DNA of 32,000 nt. Source: Adhaeribacter aerolatus (GTDB lineage: Bacteria; Bacteroidota; Bacteroidia; Cytophagales; Hymenobacteraceae). A model generated the notes under the pieces. That model made no database searches, was not told the origin of the DNA, and was given only the letters and a program-made list of their open reading frames with translations. Each line of letters starts with the position of its first letter. The stretch's first letter is position 1. The stretch spans positions 88,880 through 120,879 of the forward strand of contig NZ_BJYS01000024.1 of assembly GCF_007991635.1 (NCBI RefSeq), read 5' to 3'. Position numbers and translations under genes: made by a program. Positions 1 to 7,535 of this stretch are shown here, one piece after another.

Positions 1-843
1 TATTTCAACCGCATTTTTTTAAAGCAATTTCCGCAAAACTTTACCGCATTTTCCATTCATGCCGATGGCGTGGGCTGGCCGGAATTTAAGCGCGATTTGC
101 ACCATTATATTCATAATAAAGTTATTCAACGGGATTTGTTCACGCCCGACCGTACCTATCAATTGGTGGAAGATAGGTTAGAAGAACCCTTAGGGCAAAT
201 AGCAGATTTTATTTCAGGCTGTTTAGGTAAAATATATTGCACCAGCCATAGCCACGAAAAAGCGGCTTTCTTATTTGATTTGTTGCATGACCGGACTTTT
301 GTAGATTTTTTTCCCTTTGAGAAAACCGACTTCTCCCTGGCTATTCCGGAGCGGGACCAGGAAAAAAACGAGCTGATTGCCAAAATTGCGGCCGCCTCTG
401 CCCGGGAAGCCCTTGCCGGTGGTCATAAATTCTCGGATGAAGCACAAGCGGTTTTGCAATATTTATATCTCATGTTCCGAACCGCTCCGGATCGACTGGT
501 GGAGAAATACGAAATCATTGATAAAGTAAAAATAGCTTACCCCAACTTTACCGAGCAGCAACTGCGGGTTTGTATCCAACACCTGCGGGACAATGGGGTA
601 CTTATCGTTAGCATTCAAGGGAAGTCCGGCTATAAAATCCCGGACCGGGTAGAAGATATCGCCGGCTTTTACAACCGCTACCTAAACAGCATCGTGCCCA
701 TGATTAACCGCATTAATATCTGTAACCGCAAATTAATGGTTAGTAGCTTACAAGAAGTAGATATGTTGAGTGCAAATGCCAGTTATTCGTTACTCCATGA
801 ACTTATTAAGGCCCTGGATAAAGATAAGCAATCCCTATATTAA
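1..843 (+). CDS. Hypothetical protein, 5'-truncated by the window edge; DUF3800-like QxAD motif and a winged-helix-like C-terminal segment
   Basis: The ORF track starts at an internal GTG (70). I read frame 1 from nt 1 to 69 and found no stop, so the gene begins upstream of the window. 'LGQIADFISGCLG' resembles the DUF3800 QxAD motif. 'LRDNGVLIVSIQGKSGYKIP' looks like a winged-helix wing. Both are recalled patterns, not searched. Confidence 0.5.
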   Translation, partial: YFNRIFLKQFPQNFTAFSIHADGVGWPEFKRDLHHYIHNKVIQRDLFTPDRTYQLVEDRLEEPLGQIADFISGCLGKIYCTSHSHEKAAFLFDLLHDRTFVDFFPFEKTDFSLAIPERDQEKNELIAKIAAASAREALAGGHKFSDEAQAVLQYLYLMFRTAPDRLVEKYEIIDKVKIAYPNFTEQQLRVCIQHLRDNGVLIVSIQGKSGYKIPDRVEDIAGFYNRYLNSIVPMINRINICNRKLMVSSLQEVDMLSANASYSLLHELIKALDKDKQSLY

Positions 844-972
844 TAACTTACCTAAATAGGAAGGTGGTCTCCAGGTAATGTGTAAAAATGAGAAAGCCCC
901 AAGTATTATTAAGTTCCCACCCATTTTATTGGCCTATTTAATCATACTTAGATTTTAAAAGATGACTGTTTA

Positions 973-1869
973 ATGAATTTAGAATTAGTTAATAAAATCA
1001 AAGCGTTAGCAATTATTGCTTTAGCATCTGATGACCAGCTAATTGAAAATATTGTTCTAAAAGGCGGCAATGCCATAGATATTGCTTACCATGGTAATAA
1101 TTCTATTTCCAGGACTTCCTATGATTTAGATTTTTCGATTGAGGATGGCGATTTCCAGGAAGACGAGGATATTATAAGGGAACGCATTCAAAAAACTTTG
1201 GTGCAAACTTTTAGTGAAAACGGTTTCGCCATTATTGACTACAAATTTCTTAATAAACCCAAAGTAGCCACTGGCCCTCATGCTGAGTTTTGGGGAGGTT
1301 ATCTGGTTACTTTTAAAGTTTTAAACCAGAAAGCTTTTGATGAAAACAAAGGCAGTTTAAAAAATCAACGAAACCTGGCCATACCGGTGAAGCCAGGCCG
1401 TTCTTCTGTCGGGCCCTCTCCTACTTTCGAATTAGAGTTTAGTAAGTTTGAGTATGTAGGCCTTAAAAATCCGATTGATTTTGGCGGATATACGATATAT
1501 GTATACGCCCCGGAAATGATTGTTTTTGAAAAGCTGAGGGCAATTTGTCAACAATTGCCCTCATACAGGGAGATTATTAAATCTTTTACCCCGCGACCCC
1601 GGGCACGGGATTTCTATGATATTCACCTTATTATGGAGATGCGTCAAATTGATGTATCCTTGGATAAAAATAAAGAACTTATAACCAAGGTATTTGAAGC
1701 TAAGCGGGTTCCGCTATCATTCATCAAGGATATTAGTATAAATAAGGAATTCCATAAAGGGAATTGGGAAAGCGTTAAAGATACTGTTTCTAAGTTTGAC
1801 GAATCAGAAAACTTTGATTTCTACTTTGATTATGTCGTCAATACTTTCCAGCCGCTTACATTCCCTTAG
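973..1869 (+). CDS. abiEii: AbiEii/AbiGii-family nucleotidyltransferase toxin (type IV TA, DUF1814-like)
   Basis: 298 aa. The N-terminal 'LKGGNAIDIAY...ISRTSYDLDFSI' matches the family pattern KGGtAl...R.s.DlDf. The C-terminal 'RARDFYDIHLI' matches the conserved R.kDlyDl element. The ATG start is at 973. Confidence 0.75.
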   Translation: MNLELVNKIKALAIIALASDDQLIENIVLKGGNAIDIAYHGNNSISRTSYDLDFSIEDGDFQEDEDIIRERIQKTLVQTFSENGFAIIDYKFLNKPKVATGPHAEFWGGYLVTFKVLNQKAFDENKGSLKNQRNLAIPVKPGRSSVGPSPTFELEFSKFEYVGLKNPIDFGGYTIYVYAPEMIVFEKLRAICQQLPSYREIIKSFTPRPRARDFYDIHLIMEMRQIDVSLDKNKELITKVFEAKRVPLSFIKDISINKEFHKGNWESVKDTVSKFDESENFDFYFDYVVNTFQPLTFP

Positions 1870-2722
1870 GATAATACAGCTGCCAGTCCTCCGAAAAATC
1901 TTTCTCCATCATTTCGTAGGTCAGGTAAAATTTAAACGCTTGCTTCCGGCTGCGCAATTCCTCCAGTTTTTTGCCGGAGTAGCCGGCCCGTTCCAGGTAA
2001 AAACCAACGGCCTGGTGGTAAGGATAAATAAAATCCAGGTTGTCTAAAGTGGCCACCAGTTTATTTAGGGAGATACTGGATAAGGCATTTTGGTAAGCTT
2101 CCAGCACCGAGTAAATGCCCCCGGCATAACTTGGGCGTACGGTAATGTCAATCAGGGTACGCTCCAGGTTGGTTACCGGTATATTATCTATAGAATGGAT
2201 GCCAGCTCTGCCGGTGAACATACCATTTAGAATGAGGAAAGAAAAATCTCCGTAAATGGCCTCGGTTATTGCTCGGCGTTGTGGCTTAGCGAAGGCCGCG
2301 TCGATAGCCTCTTGCGTTAGTTGCCGGTTACCACCTGTTTTTTTGCTTTGCTCAAAGGTGATATAAATAGTTTTTGGTACCTGGGTAGTCAGGCCATTCA
2401 AAAACATAGCGCTATAATGGGATAGGTAAGACTTGTTAATCAAAGAGGTCGCTATCTCAAATTCATGCGCATCAGCCGTGATATACCGTTCCTTCTTATT
2501 GATATACCCGTCGAAGAGGATTTCAATTTTAGTCAGAATGCCTCTTTTCTGCAGCTGCTCAATAAATCTAAGGTCAGTGGTAGAAGCCGGTAAATTCCAG
2601 GCAATTCTTCTTTCTTCAAAAATTTCATTAAGTTGTTCGCGGGAAAAGACATTGCGCGGATTTTGTTTAAAGAAAGACTTCATACCACTCTCAGCAATAG
2701 CAAAGCGGGATTTTCCGGGCAT
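1856..2722 (-). CDS. abiEi: AbiEi-like antitoxin / transcriptional regulator (N-terminal wHTH, COG5340-like C-terminal domain)
   Basis: 288 aa. The N-terminal segment 'FSREQLNEIFEE...FIEQLQKRGILTKIEI' is wHTH-like. The C-terminal 'NLERTLIDITVRPSYAGG...AVGFYLERAGY' resembles the AbiEi C-terminal pattern (pErtllD...gg...RlGylLE). It sits next to an AbiEii gene. Confidence 0.6.
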   Translation of the reverse strand: MPGKSRFAIAESGMKSFFKQNPRNVFSREQLNEIFEERRIAWNLPASTTDLRFIEQLQKRGILTKIEILFDGYINKKERYITADAHEFEIATSLINKSYLSHYSAMFLNGLTTQVPKTIYITFEQSKKTGGNRQLTQEAIDAAFAKPQRRAITEAIYGDFSFLILNGMFTGRAGIHSIDNIPVTNLERTLIDITVRPSYAGGIYSVLEAYQNALSSISLNKLVATLDNLDFIYPYHQAVGFYLERAGYSGKKLEELRSRKQAFKFYLTYEMMEKDFSEDWQLYYPKGM

Positions 2723-2745
2723 AACGGTAAAGATTGTATTTTTAG

Positions 2746-2769
2746 ACGAGAAGTATATATACTTCTCGT
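2746..2769. promoter_or_regulatory. Perfect 24-bp palindrome (acgagaagtatatatacttctcgt), 24-47 nt upstream of the abiEi start; candidate operator
   Basis: I checked the reverse complement by hand. The core cgagaagtatatatacttctcg is self-complementary. It overlaps the expected promoter region of the minus-strand abiEi gene. Confidence 0.5.
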
Positions 2770-2851
2770 AAAGTTAATCATTTAAGATGATAAAGTCAAG
2801 TACTGCCTGCTAAGCGGCTGAAAATAAGAAAACGATTGAAATACTCTGAAG

Positions 2852-2877
2852 TATATAAAGTATATATACTTTATATA
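2852..2877. promoter_or_regulatory. Perfect 26-bp palindrome (tatataaagtatatatactttatata); second copy of the aagtatatatactt core, followed by the same gtaaagttaatNattta motif
   Basis: Self-complementary when read by hand. It shares the 14-nt core and the downstream 'gtaaagttaat(c/g)attta' with the 2746..2790 copy. The two centres are about 107 bp apart. Confidence 0.45.
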
Positions 2878-3006
2878 TGTAAAGTTAATGATTTATATTG
2901 TCAAAAGCAAGTAAAAATTATACTGTTAGACTAAAACAGAATACTAGAGGGAAAAATAAGAAATCATATACCGCTGGGACCGTAAAATATATAACCAATT
3001 ACTTAA

Positions 3007-3070
3007 TTAAATAATTAAATAATTATGTAATTATGTAATTATGTAATTATGTATTTAAGTATTTAAGTAA
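3007..3070. repeat. 8-bp-period tandem microsatellite: ttaaataa x2, ttatgtaa x3 (+1 variant), ttaagta(t/a) x2
   Basis: Read directly. There are eight consecutive 8-nt units. The last two overlap the stop codon and the final codons (..DYLNT*) of the serine recombinase gene. Confidence 0.85.
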
Positions 3071-3777
3071 TCAGGTGCCACAAGCTCATTTTTGCTTTCC
3101 ACACAGTATCGTTTAAAGATACGTTGTACCTGGGTGGCTTGAAACGCGCCGCCTTTGCTGGCTCTAAATCCCGATTGGTTTAATTTTTCGGCAATGCTTA
3201 ACCAGGTCAGACCCTGTTCCCGGTAAAGACGAACTAATTCAGCGGCCCGCCTATTGTTATCATTGGTGGCGGCTTTCTTTTTAATAGCTTCCACCCCAAG
3301 CTCCCGACCGGCAGCAGTTAAATTATTTAAGTTGCCCAATTTCTGACCGCGGGCTTTCAAAGCCTGCAGGGCTACCTTGGTGCGTTTGCTGATTTGCTCC
3401 CGCTCGTGTTGGGCCATCGTTCCCCAGATACCAATGTTGAGGGTATTCATTTCGGGAATGTCCAGGCAGAGCCAACTAATGTTATTTTTCTCTACCCGCT
3501 TTTTCAATTGGAACAGAAAGGCCACTTCCCGGCTTAAGCGGTCGAGCTTGGCAATGATTAAAGTGGCATTGTGTTTCTTCGCTTCCAAGATGGCTTGTTC
3601 TAATAAAGGGCGGTCATCGTTTTTGCCGGATTCATTTTCCTTAAATTCCCGGATGATGCTGGCTGGATTTTTAGCGAAAGAAATAACCGCTGCCTGTTGG
3701 GCTTCCAGGCCCAACCCGCTCCGGCCCTGCTTGAGGGTAGACACCCGGTAGTAGGCAATGTACTTTTGATACTCCAT
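3055..3777 (-). CDS. Small serine recombinase (resolvase/invertase family) with C-terminal HTH
   Basis: 240 aa. The N-terminal 'IAYYRVSTLKQGRSGLGLEAQ' is the classic catalytic-serine motif (YxRVSTxxQ). 'LIIAKLDRLSREV' matches the conserved resolvase core. The C-terminal 'LTWLSIAEKLNQSGF' is HTH-like. Confidence 0.9.
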   Translation of the reverse strand: MEYQKYIAYYRVSTLKQGRSGLGLEAQQAAVISFAKNPASIIREFKENESGKNDDRPLLEQAILEAKKHNATLIIAKLDRLSREVAFLFQLKKRVEKNNISWLCLDIPEMNTLNIGIWGTMAQHEREQISKRTKVALQALKARGQKLGNLNNLTAAGRELGVEAIKKKAATNDNNRRAAELVRLYREQGLTWLSIAEKLNQSGFRASKGGAFQATQVQRIFKRYCVESKNELVAPDYLNT

Positions 3778-3900
3778 ATATATATATTATAGCCGCAGGT
3801 AAGGAAATGATTTTTCAGGAAGCAGTTGTACTAGTACAACAGAATCCGAACATTGCTTCCTTATTACCCTTTTTTCAATAATTTTTACTAAAGTAAGCAT

Positions 3901-3942
3901 CATTTTACAAATCAGCAACGTGCGTTCCTGATTTGTAAAATG
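3901..3942. promoter_or_regulatory. 42-bp near-perfect palindrome (20+2+20, 19/20 symmetric) with central TG; candidate serine-recombinase crossover site
   Basis: The sequence is cattttacaaatcagcaacg-tg-cgttcctgatttgtaaaatg. The reverse complement of the right half differs from the left half at one position. It lies 124-165 bp upstream of the recombinase start codon. Confidence 0.45.
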
Positions 3943-4456
3943 ACCAACTTCTCTAAAAAAATAGCAAAAGTGGCGGGCGGACGAAAAGGCTGATGCTTTT
4001 TACAATTATGGAATGAACGTAGTGCTTATGTAAACAGCGGTCCGGCTGAGAAAATTTTACCAAAAAGGAGCGGGTAGCGGAAGAGGCTTCTACGCTTTAC
4101 AATTTCTCATTGTCCGTAGAGCTCATGTAAACAGGTTTAAAAATTTTTAAAAGGCTAAAATCCGGTAAGGTGTGAGGAGGTAAAAGCGGGGGGGGGGGCA
4201 CCGTTTTACTTTGACCTATAAATTATTTCATACTACAAACACCAGGTAAGTAAACGAGCCGGCAAACCCCGGCATAGGATCCTATTTATAATTAGGTAGG
4301 CAGTTTACAATTTAGAAGGTTCCTTTATGATTTGTAATTCTGCTGGTGCCTTTTGATGCTATTGAATAATTCCTAGAAAAATTGCACAAGTGGTATGGGT
4401 AGCAGAAATACCGTGGCTCTTACGATTTTTAATGGTGCATTTATGATTTGTAATTT
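3922..4456 (+). repeat. Degenerate tandem array of five units (about 98, 98, 202 and 116 bp, plus a partial fifth)
   Basis: Unit landmarks recur: (g)cgtt(t/c)(a/c)tg(a/g)tttgtaa(a)at ... aaaaa(t)(a/g)gcaaaagt(a/g)gcgg ... gatgctttttac(a/c)att. Unit boundaries are near 3922, 4019, 4117, 4319 and 4437. The third unit is expanded and carries the G11 tract. Confidence 0.7.
4188..4198. repeat. Homopolymeric G11 tract
   Basis: Counted from 'taaaagcggg ggggggggca'. It replaces the G-rich core (gcgggcgg / gcgggtagcgg) found in the neighbouring repeat units. Confidence 0.9.
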
Positions 4457-4712
4457 ACCTTTTACAACTACCTCCACCAGGTAGTAAATGGATACGTTTA
4501 TTAGTAAGAATACCAAGGCCTTTTAACATAATTCATGTTATCGGCGAAAACCCCTTTCCTGCGTTCTGAACATGGCTTGTTTTCGCCTCTTTTGGTACTA
4601 GAGGAGGATAACTTTTAATCCTTTATTGAAAAATAATTTTATTTTTTGTAACGTTGGAACTACGCTTCATATAAGCTAGATTAGCTAACAACCTAAATTT
4701 GGTAAATTTATA

Positions 4713-5570
4713 ATGAAAGAAGTCATAAAAAAGTATATACCAAATATCATTTCTGAATCAAAATTAAGTGAAGCAGAATTGGAAGATGCTTTTATAAAAT
4801 ACAGAACGAGATTAGATAGTCTAGTTCAAATTCAAAATTCACCTGACAAGCCTCATTGCTTATTTGATTGGGTGCTCTTAGCAAAAAGAGGTGATGAGAA
4901 AGCAATATCATTTTTAATGTACCTAGAGAGCGAAGTTTTTGAATTACTAGAAAGAACCGAGCAAAAGTTTCATAATCAAATTAGAGGAACAATTAAAAAA
5001 ATAGTATCGTCCATCGATACCAATGTTGAAATTCCTAATAATCCAAAGTACTTGAACTTCATTGGTGAAATCGTCGGGTTGAACCATATTATTTATTCTG
5101 CAGGAGAGAGATTTAAATTGAAAGCAATTGAACAAAAAATGCCCAATCCAAAAAGGGCTGATTTTGTGTTTTACGACAAAGAACTTGATGATGAAATTTA
5201 TGTAGATTTTGTAAGTATACACAATATTGATACAAAAAAATTAAGCAACGATGATGACTTAATAAGCTTCCTTGAAGGTCGTTTTAATCGAAAGTTAGAA
5301 AGTAAAACTCCGAATCTAGATGAAAATTTTCATAGAATAAAGCTTAAAGATGGCAAAGAAGTTAATTTTGCAATTCTTCCTTTAATATGGACAGAGATTT
5401 GTGATTTAATACCATTTAAATCTGCATTTAAAAAAATTGATAACAAATATGCAAATGTATTCTCTTGTTTGTCATTATTACCTCAACTGTTCGACGATGG
5501 AACAATAACTTATAACATTTGCAGAGTAAGTGATATACTTGATTGTTGGAAAGAACAAATTAACACATAA
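4713..5570 (+). CDS. Hypothetical protein (285 aa), AT-rich cassette gene
   Basis: Long ORF with an ATG start, about 28-30% GC, and K/N/I-rich. I recognise no motif. Confidence 0.6.
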   Translation: MKEVIKKYIPNIISESKLSEAELEDAFIKYRTRLDSLVQIQNSPDKPHCLFDWVLLAKRGDEKAISFLMYLESEVFELLERTEQKFHNQIRGTIKKIVSSIDTNVEIPNNPKYLNFIGEIVGLNHIIYSAGERFKLKAIEQKMPNPKRADFVFYDKELDDEIYVDFVSIHNIDTKKLSNDDDLISFLEGRFNRKLESKTPNLDENFHRIKLKDGKEVNFAILPLIWTEICDLIPFKSAFKKIDNKYANVFSCLSLLPQLFDDGTITYNICRVSDILDCWKEQINT

Positions 5571-5619
5571 ACAACATGTATAACGCGTTGAAATATGCTG
5601 TATGTTCTGCTAAGTATTC

Positions 5620-6204
5620 TTAAAACAATCCATCTTTAAGTGGTGAGCCACCATATGATTTACAAAGATGTAAAAACGCTTTTCTCAATGAATCATAACC
5701 TTCCTTAGTTAAATTTACAGGTATTTCAACAATACCATTATTATTATTAGGCTGAGTTTCATATTGGCCGCCCTCTTTAGGAGTTATTGTCTTATTTAAA
5801 AAATCGTTTTTAATATTAATAGCTAAATAGTTAAATTCCCTCCCATTATTATTTTTTTGAGAAGCAACTGTAACAGAATTAATTCCTTTTACATCAAAAG
5901 CCGAAAGAAGAACTAATATGGGTTTACCTTGATGTAATAGAGTTGCCTCAATTATAAAAATACGCTCCTGCTCATCCTTCTTTAATTCTTCACCAGCATA
6001 TATATTTACAACGTGTGGAAGTATTTTATCTCCAAATACGGCATCTGTTTTATAACTCTTTAATGGATTAACTTTAACTTTATCTATTATGTATTCTTTT
6101 GTTTCATTTATAGTTTGTGCATTTCCTAAGTTAATAGAAATAATACTAATTAATAAGGTTATTATTTTTGTATAGTATTTCATATTGGTTGATGTCTTTA
6201 TCAT
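5620..6204 (-). CDS. Hypothetical secreted protein (signal peptide); true start probably the second ATG at 6183
   Basis: 'MKYYTKIITLLISIISINLGNAQ' is a typical Sec signal peptide starting at Met8 of the ORF. AT-rich. Convergent with 4713..5570. Confidence 0.6.
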   Translation of the reverse strand: MIKTSTNMKYYTKIITLLISIISINLGNAQTINETKEYIIDKVKVNPLKSYKTDAVFGDKILPHVVNIYAGEELKKDEQERIFIIEATLLHQGKPILVLLSAFDVKGINSVTVASQKNNNGREFNYLAINIKNDFLNKTITPKEGGQYETQPNNNNGIVEIPVNLTKEGYDSLRKAFLHLCKSYGGSPLKDGLF

Positions 6205-6435
6205 TACTAAAAGTATTGAAAATAACGTTTAAGATGAATATGATAAAGAAATATTTAGCTTTCTCTCCCTTACACCTGAGGATATACACCGAACTATTTG
6301 CTTAATTATGATTATTTACAATTGTAAAAGAGGCATTAGGGAAGAAATTAAATCCTCCTACTTCCCCACTTGCGCTGCCGCACCAGATCTGATTAATCGC
6401 TTGATGCTTACCTAGCTTTTATTTTTGGCACCTGG

Positions 6436-6678
6436 CTAAATTAAAATCGGATAGAGTCCTCTCGATTTCTGCTGCTCCTGCTCTATCCTAGCCCTGGCCT
6501 GCTCCTGGATGGCTGCTACCCCGCTGTCTTTTACCGCATTACAATAAGCAAAATTTTCCTTCTGCTCCCGTTTATAGCCGATCTGCCGCCCGAACGCCTC
6601 TTCTCCCATCCGAACGAACGCTTCCCCGTCAAACATCCTCGATTTTATAGGTACATGTTGTAGTTTGCTATATAACAT
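6436..6678 (-). CDS. Doubtful small ORF (80 aa), possibly a gene remnant
   Basis: The ORF is GC-richer than its neighbours and has a low-complexity E/Q-rich C-terminus. Its start abuts the left arm of the 6685..7059 inverted repeat. No recognisable motif. Confidence 0.25.
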   Translation of the reverse strand: MLYSKLQHVPIKSRMFDGEAFVRMGEEAFGRQIGYKREQKENFAYCNAVKDSGVAAIQEQARARIEQEQQKSRGLYPILI

Positions 6679-6684
6679 AGGGCT

Positions 6685-7059
6685 TAACTACTCAATAGAA
6701 CCATTTTCCCCGCGAGTCGTCAATATAGCTAATTTAACTATTATAACTGGCTGTGCTTAGATATTCCGGTGACGCTTAACCAGTATGCTCCGGATTATCC
6801 AGTTGCTCTCTCAGCAGATAGGTAGTAGTTGAGTAATGGGAAGAATTAATCAACCTTATCTCTTAGCCGGCAACGCATACCTGGCATTTTATCAATTGGC
6901 AAATAGAATTTAATTTTAAGGAAAAGCGATTCACCCATACTTTTGATATAGAGGCTGTAATGCACCTTTTCAGGAGCTGAGAACCAATTATTTACCAGTA
7001 ACACGCAATTTAAATGGTTTTAGGAGCGCCGCGGGGAAAATGGTACGTTTGAGTAGTTA
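6685..7059. mobile_element. About 375-bp non-coding element bounded by 30-bp imperfect terminal inverted repeats (27/30); MITE-like, or a long-range RNA stem
   Basis: The left arm is taactactcaatagaaccattttccccgcg (6685..6714). The right arm is cgcggggaaaatggtacgtttgagtagtta (7030..7059). The hand reverse complement gives 15 + 1 + 11 matching positions. There is no ORF of 60 aa or more inside, and I saw no clear target-site duplication. Confidence 0.35.
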
Positions 7060-7073
7060 GACCCCATTGAGAG

Positions 7074-7186
7074 GCGTTTATGGTTTGTAAAATCACCTAC
7101 TACCCTAAAAAATGGCAAAAGTAGCGGACTGACAAAAAAGCCGATGCTTTTTACCATTCCTGAATGTGCGTTTATGGTTTGAAAAT
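7074..7186 (+). repeat. Dispersed copy (one full unit of 94 bp plus the start of the next) of the 3922..4456 repeat family
   Basis: The sequence gcgtttatggtttgtaaaatcacc...aaaaaatggcaaaagtagcggac...gccgatgctttttaccattcctgaatgtgcgtttatggtttgaaaat aligns by eye at roughly 80% to the 3922..4018 unit. Confidence 0.7.
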
Positions 7187-7535
7187 AAATACTGATTAAT
7201 TAGGTGTAGGTGGTATATAAATCCAGGGAAGATGGCGTGTTATCACCACTCAATGAAAAACCTGCTGCGGTTGGCGCACGATTAGCTACCACCGGATTTG
7301 GAACAGCGCCTTGGCGAATGGGTGCCGGATGATAACCAGCCGGGTTACCATGAATCTTGGCATAATGGTACGCCGGCTCAGGTTTAGGATAACAAAAGGG
7401 AAGAAAAACTAAAACAACGTGCCAATAGCAAGCAACGCGCTTTCACCCAACGCAGAAGAAGTGATAGGGCCCAGCGTTTACAAAATACTTAAATCCACCA
7501 CTTCCACTTTTAGCTTACGATTTACATTTAGCCTA

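Noticed and set aside
159-459. Antisense ORFs 159..383 and 271..459. Also 1796..2047, 2433..2771, 3377..3751, 4947..5222, 10893..11096, 11066..11260, 14091..14288, 26141..26326, 26972..27217, 27847..28110, 29928..30110 and 30751..30987.
   Set aside because: Each is embedded in, or antisense to, a longer and better-supported gene.
850-1900. Inverted repeats flanking abiEii that would show it was flipped by the nearby serine recombinase
   Set aside because: I found only a 7+4 nt match (gtattat..taag) between the two flanks, which is compatible with chance.
3893-4460. Possible CRISPR array, suggested by regularly spaced recurring 20-25 nt motifs (..tttatgatttgtaa..)
   Set aside because: The sequences between the recurring motifs are themselves conserved between units, so there are no unique spacers. 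The period is about 95-116 bp rather than about 60-72 bp. The repeats are degenerate and no cas genes are present. It is a tandem repeat, not CRISPR.
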